Position numbers and translations under genes: made by a program
Part shown: positions 61,661 to 64,000 of the stretch, one piece after another
Layout of the letters: the number at the start of each line of letters is the position of its first letter
Numbering within the stretch: position 1 is the first letter of the stretch
DNA from: Mobula hypostoma
Lineage: Eukaryota
Length of the DNA: 64,000 nucleotides
Reading direction: 5' to 3'
Assembly: GCF_963921235.1 (NCBI RefSeq)
Contig: NC_086108.1
Location: 76,138,001-76,202,000 of the forward strand
Notes under the pieces: generated by a model
Databases searched by the model: none
Told to the model about the DNA's origin: nothing
Seen by the model: only the letters and a program-made list of their open reading frames with translations

Positions 61661-63524
61661 GTAAGAAATATAAATATGAAACAGTTATTGGGATGTAGAG
61701 GATATTTTAAAAAATGCATTGACAAATACAATGTAAATTGAATGAAGGAGATAAGGCACTAAGTGGAAACTGGAAAACTTAAAATACAGACCATGTGTCG
61801 GTCGGCATGGACACGGTGTAGATATTTATTATCCTATTCTGCATCCCCATAGAGAACATGGAAATGTTCTGTTTTTCTCACTGTTTTGGTGTGCTGTACT
61901 TTTGGTCTGGCATCTAAATCAGTCATAAAAGAGAGCTGGATATTCCCAAAATCTTTTGACCCATCCCATCCCATCTCCCATTGTGTATTACCTACCATAC
62001 CCTATAGAGGCTCATCCTAACCCCATCCACATATATTCATGTTTCACAACTGTTAAATGCAGATGACGAATCATTTCCTCTGTTTTACATGTCTCTCTTG
62101 ACCAGTCTAAAACAGTCCTTCAAATTAATATATTTTCTACTACAGTATTTGTGGTCTTTGCTTTACCAAGTAATACATTCTGTGTAATAGGAATACTATC
62201 GTGACATTGAGGCCTAAATATATTATTCCTATGTTTTATTTCTTTAAAATAACAATGCCATTTCAAATGTTCAATCAAGATAAATTTGTAGACATTAATA
62301 TTTTGTATGTAGTGTGAGGTAAAACGGTGTCCTTTGATTTAGTGAGAACAATCCACAGGCAATTTGTTTCAAATAATAGCATAATTACAAACCATTGTAT
62401 CAGGAGGACTGTTCTTTAGAAGCTGACCTGGATAGTTCTGAGGAACACGAAAGAATTACTGTACTGAGTTATGACCCAAAATTCTAATTCAGCAAGTATT
62501 GGTTAACTGTATTCTTTAAAATTTATATATATATTGTGAATATGGTTCCAGGCAATAACAGCAGAGCCTGGGCAGGAGTTGCACAGGTAGAAAAAAATGT
62601 GTTAACCTTTGCTTCTGGCAATCTTTGTAGACAGTGTTGAGATCCAGATGCTGCAGCTGCTCATGTTCATGTGCAAAGCTGGAGGCCTTGATTAAAAGTT
62701 AGCAACTGTGGAGCTGCTCCAATCATTATCTGCAAATAGCATTTCTGTTTTTATGAAATTTGTATGGTGTTTTACTTGCCAATAATTGTTCTGTTATATT
62801 GCCTTGGAATCTAATTAGGAATTAAGCACAGCACACTTTTAAGTACGTAACGCAGAAGAAATTGAACTGTTAAATAATGGATCTGATGCAGCAAAGGGGC
62901 AGAAAAAGAAATAGTGAAGGGTTGATGATAGAGGGACAACAACAGTTGTGTTATAAGTGTGGTTTGCATCTTATTGAAATTGGAAATGAGCCTACTGATG
63001 ATCTTATCTCTGTAACTAAAATACAATGCATGTTATTTTTGCTAAATATATAATCCAGCGGTATTCAAGAAAATTTATCTACTTCATTTCTGTTTCTGCT
63101 TCAATAATGTGCTTCTGCTCTTTTATTATTTTAATTTAAACCTATTTATAGCTACTATCTGTTCTAACTTTTATAGTGTCATCATCACATTAATGACAAC
63201 CACCTTTGGCACTTTTTTTTTATCAAATTAGTTGGATCAAACTTGGGGGAACACTTGTGGAGGCTGGGAAGGTAGGGGTGAATTCATTGGTGCAGAGTTG
63301 CACTGGAACCAGTGTTGGAATGATGCTAACACTGGTTTCTATAAGCTGAGTAAACAGAATACTGTGCTACTTGGAGATTTCTTTTAAGTGTATTGTAATG
63401 ATTTGCTTGACAGATTTGTTTTTGCCTTTAAAAATAAGTTGACATTTATTTTTCCTAATTTGTAACTACCTGGTATGGAGGTTCCAATGCACAAGATCGA
63501 TTAAAAAAAAAAGTATCAGGGTTG

Positions 63525-63885
63525 TAGGCTCAACCAGCACAAGCCTCCCCACCATCAAGGACATCATCAAAAGGCAGTGCTTCAATAAGGTGGCATCTAT
63601 CATTAGTGACCCTCACCATTCAGGACTTGCCCTTTTCTCATTACCACTATCACTGAGGAGGTACAGGAGCCTGAATAAGTACACTCAACGTTTTAAGAAC
63701 AGCTTCTTCCCCTCCATCATCAGATTCTGAAAGGTCTGTGAATCTATGAACCCTGCCTAACTATCTTGCTCTCTTTTTGATCTTTTTATATATTTCCAAT
63801 TATAACTTATAGTTCTTTTGTCTTGTACTACTAAACTACTGAAAAAAGGCATGACATGTCAGATAATAAAACTAATTCTGAGTAC
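63525..63885 (+). mobile_element. Rex1/Babar LINE 3' fragment
   Basis: SLPTIKDI, ASIISDPHHSGLA and QRFKNSFFP-like coding. Ends ATAATAAAACTAATTCTGA. Confidence 0.7.
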
Positions 63886-64000
63886 TTAGGTTCAGGTCCT
63901 TTATCTTAACAAATAATTTGTGTGTAGACAGAAGAAACCTTCCAAGTCTTACCACTAGAAGGCATTATAGCACAAGGGTTTGGATTTTATAGTCAGATCT

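Noticed and set aside
60300..64000. 3' exons of a neighbouring gene (ERI3 is adjacent to DMAP1 in mammals)
   Set aside because: I could not recognise any coding exon on either strand.

Overview
Vertebrate, AT-rich, intron-dominated DNA. The repeat set (HE1/V-SINE-like SINEs, HER1-like CR1 LINEs, Rex1/Babar, abundant Penelope-like fragments) suggests a cartilaginous fish, probably a ray; this is inference. The only host gene I can support is DMAP1 on the + strand: eight coding exons from 11444 to the stop at 59701, all GT-AG and frame-compatible, giving 401 aa. The first ~66 codons are not seen and presumably lie upstream of the window. The introns hold a near-full-length CR1 nested in a palindromic mariner MITE, a Sleeping Beauty-like Tc1 element, Tigger and Harbinger non-autonomous elements, a solo LTR, a tRNA-derived SINE and many LINE remnants. 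The most notable hidden structure is a family of about 15 Penelope-like terminal-repeat insertions. Many carry a minimal type I hammerhead ribozyme motif, and most form tail-out inverted pairs flanked by 10-17 bp target duplications. Family names and identities rest on recalled sequences, not database searches.
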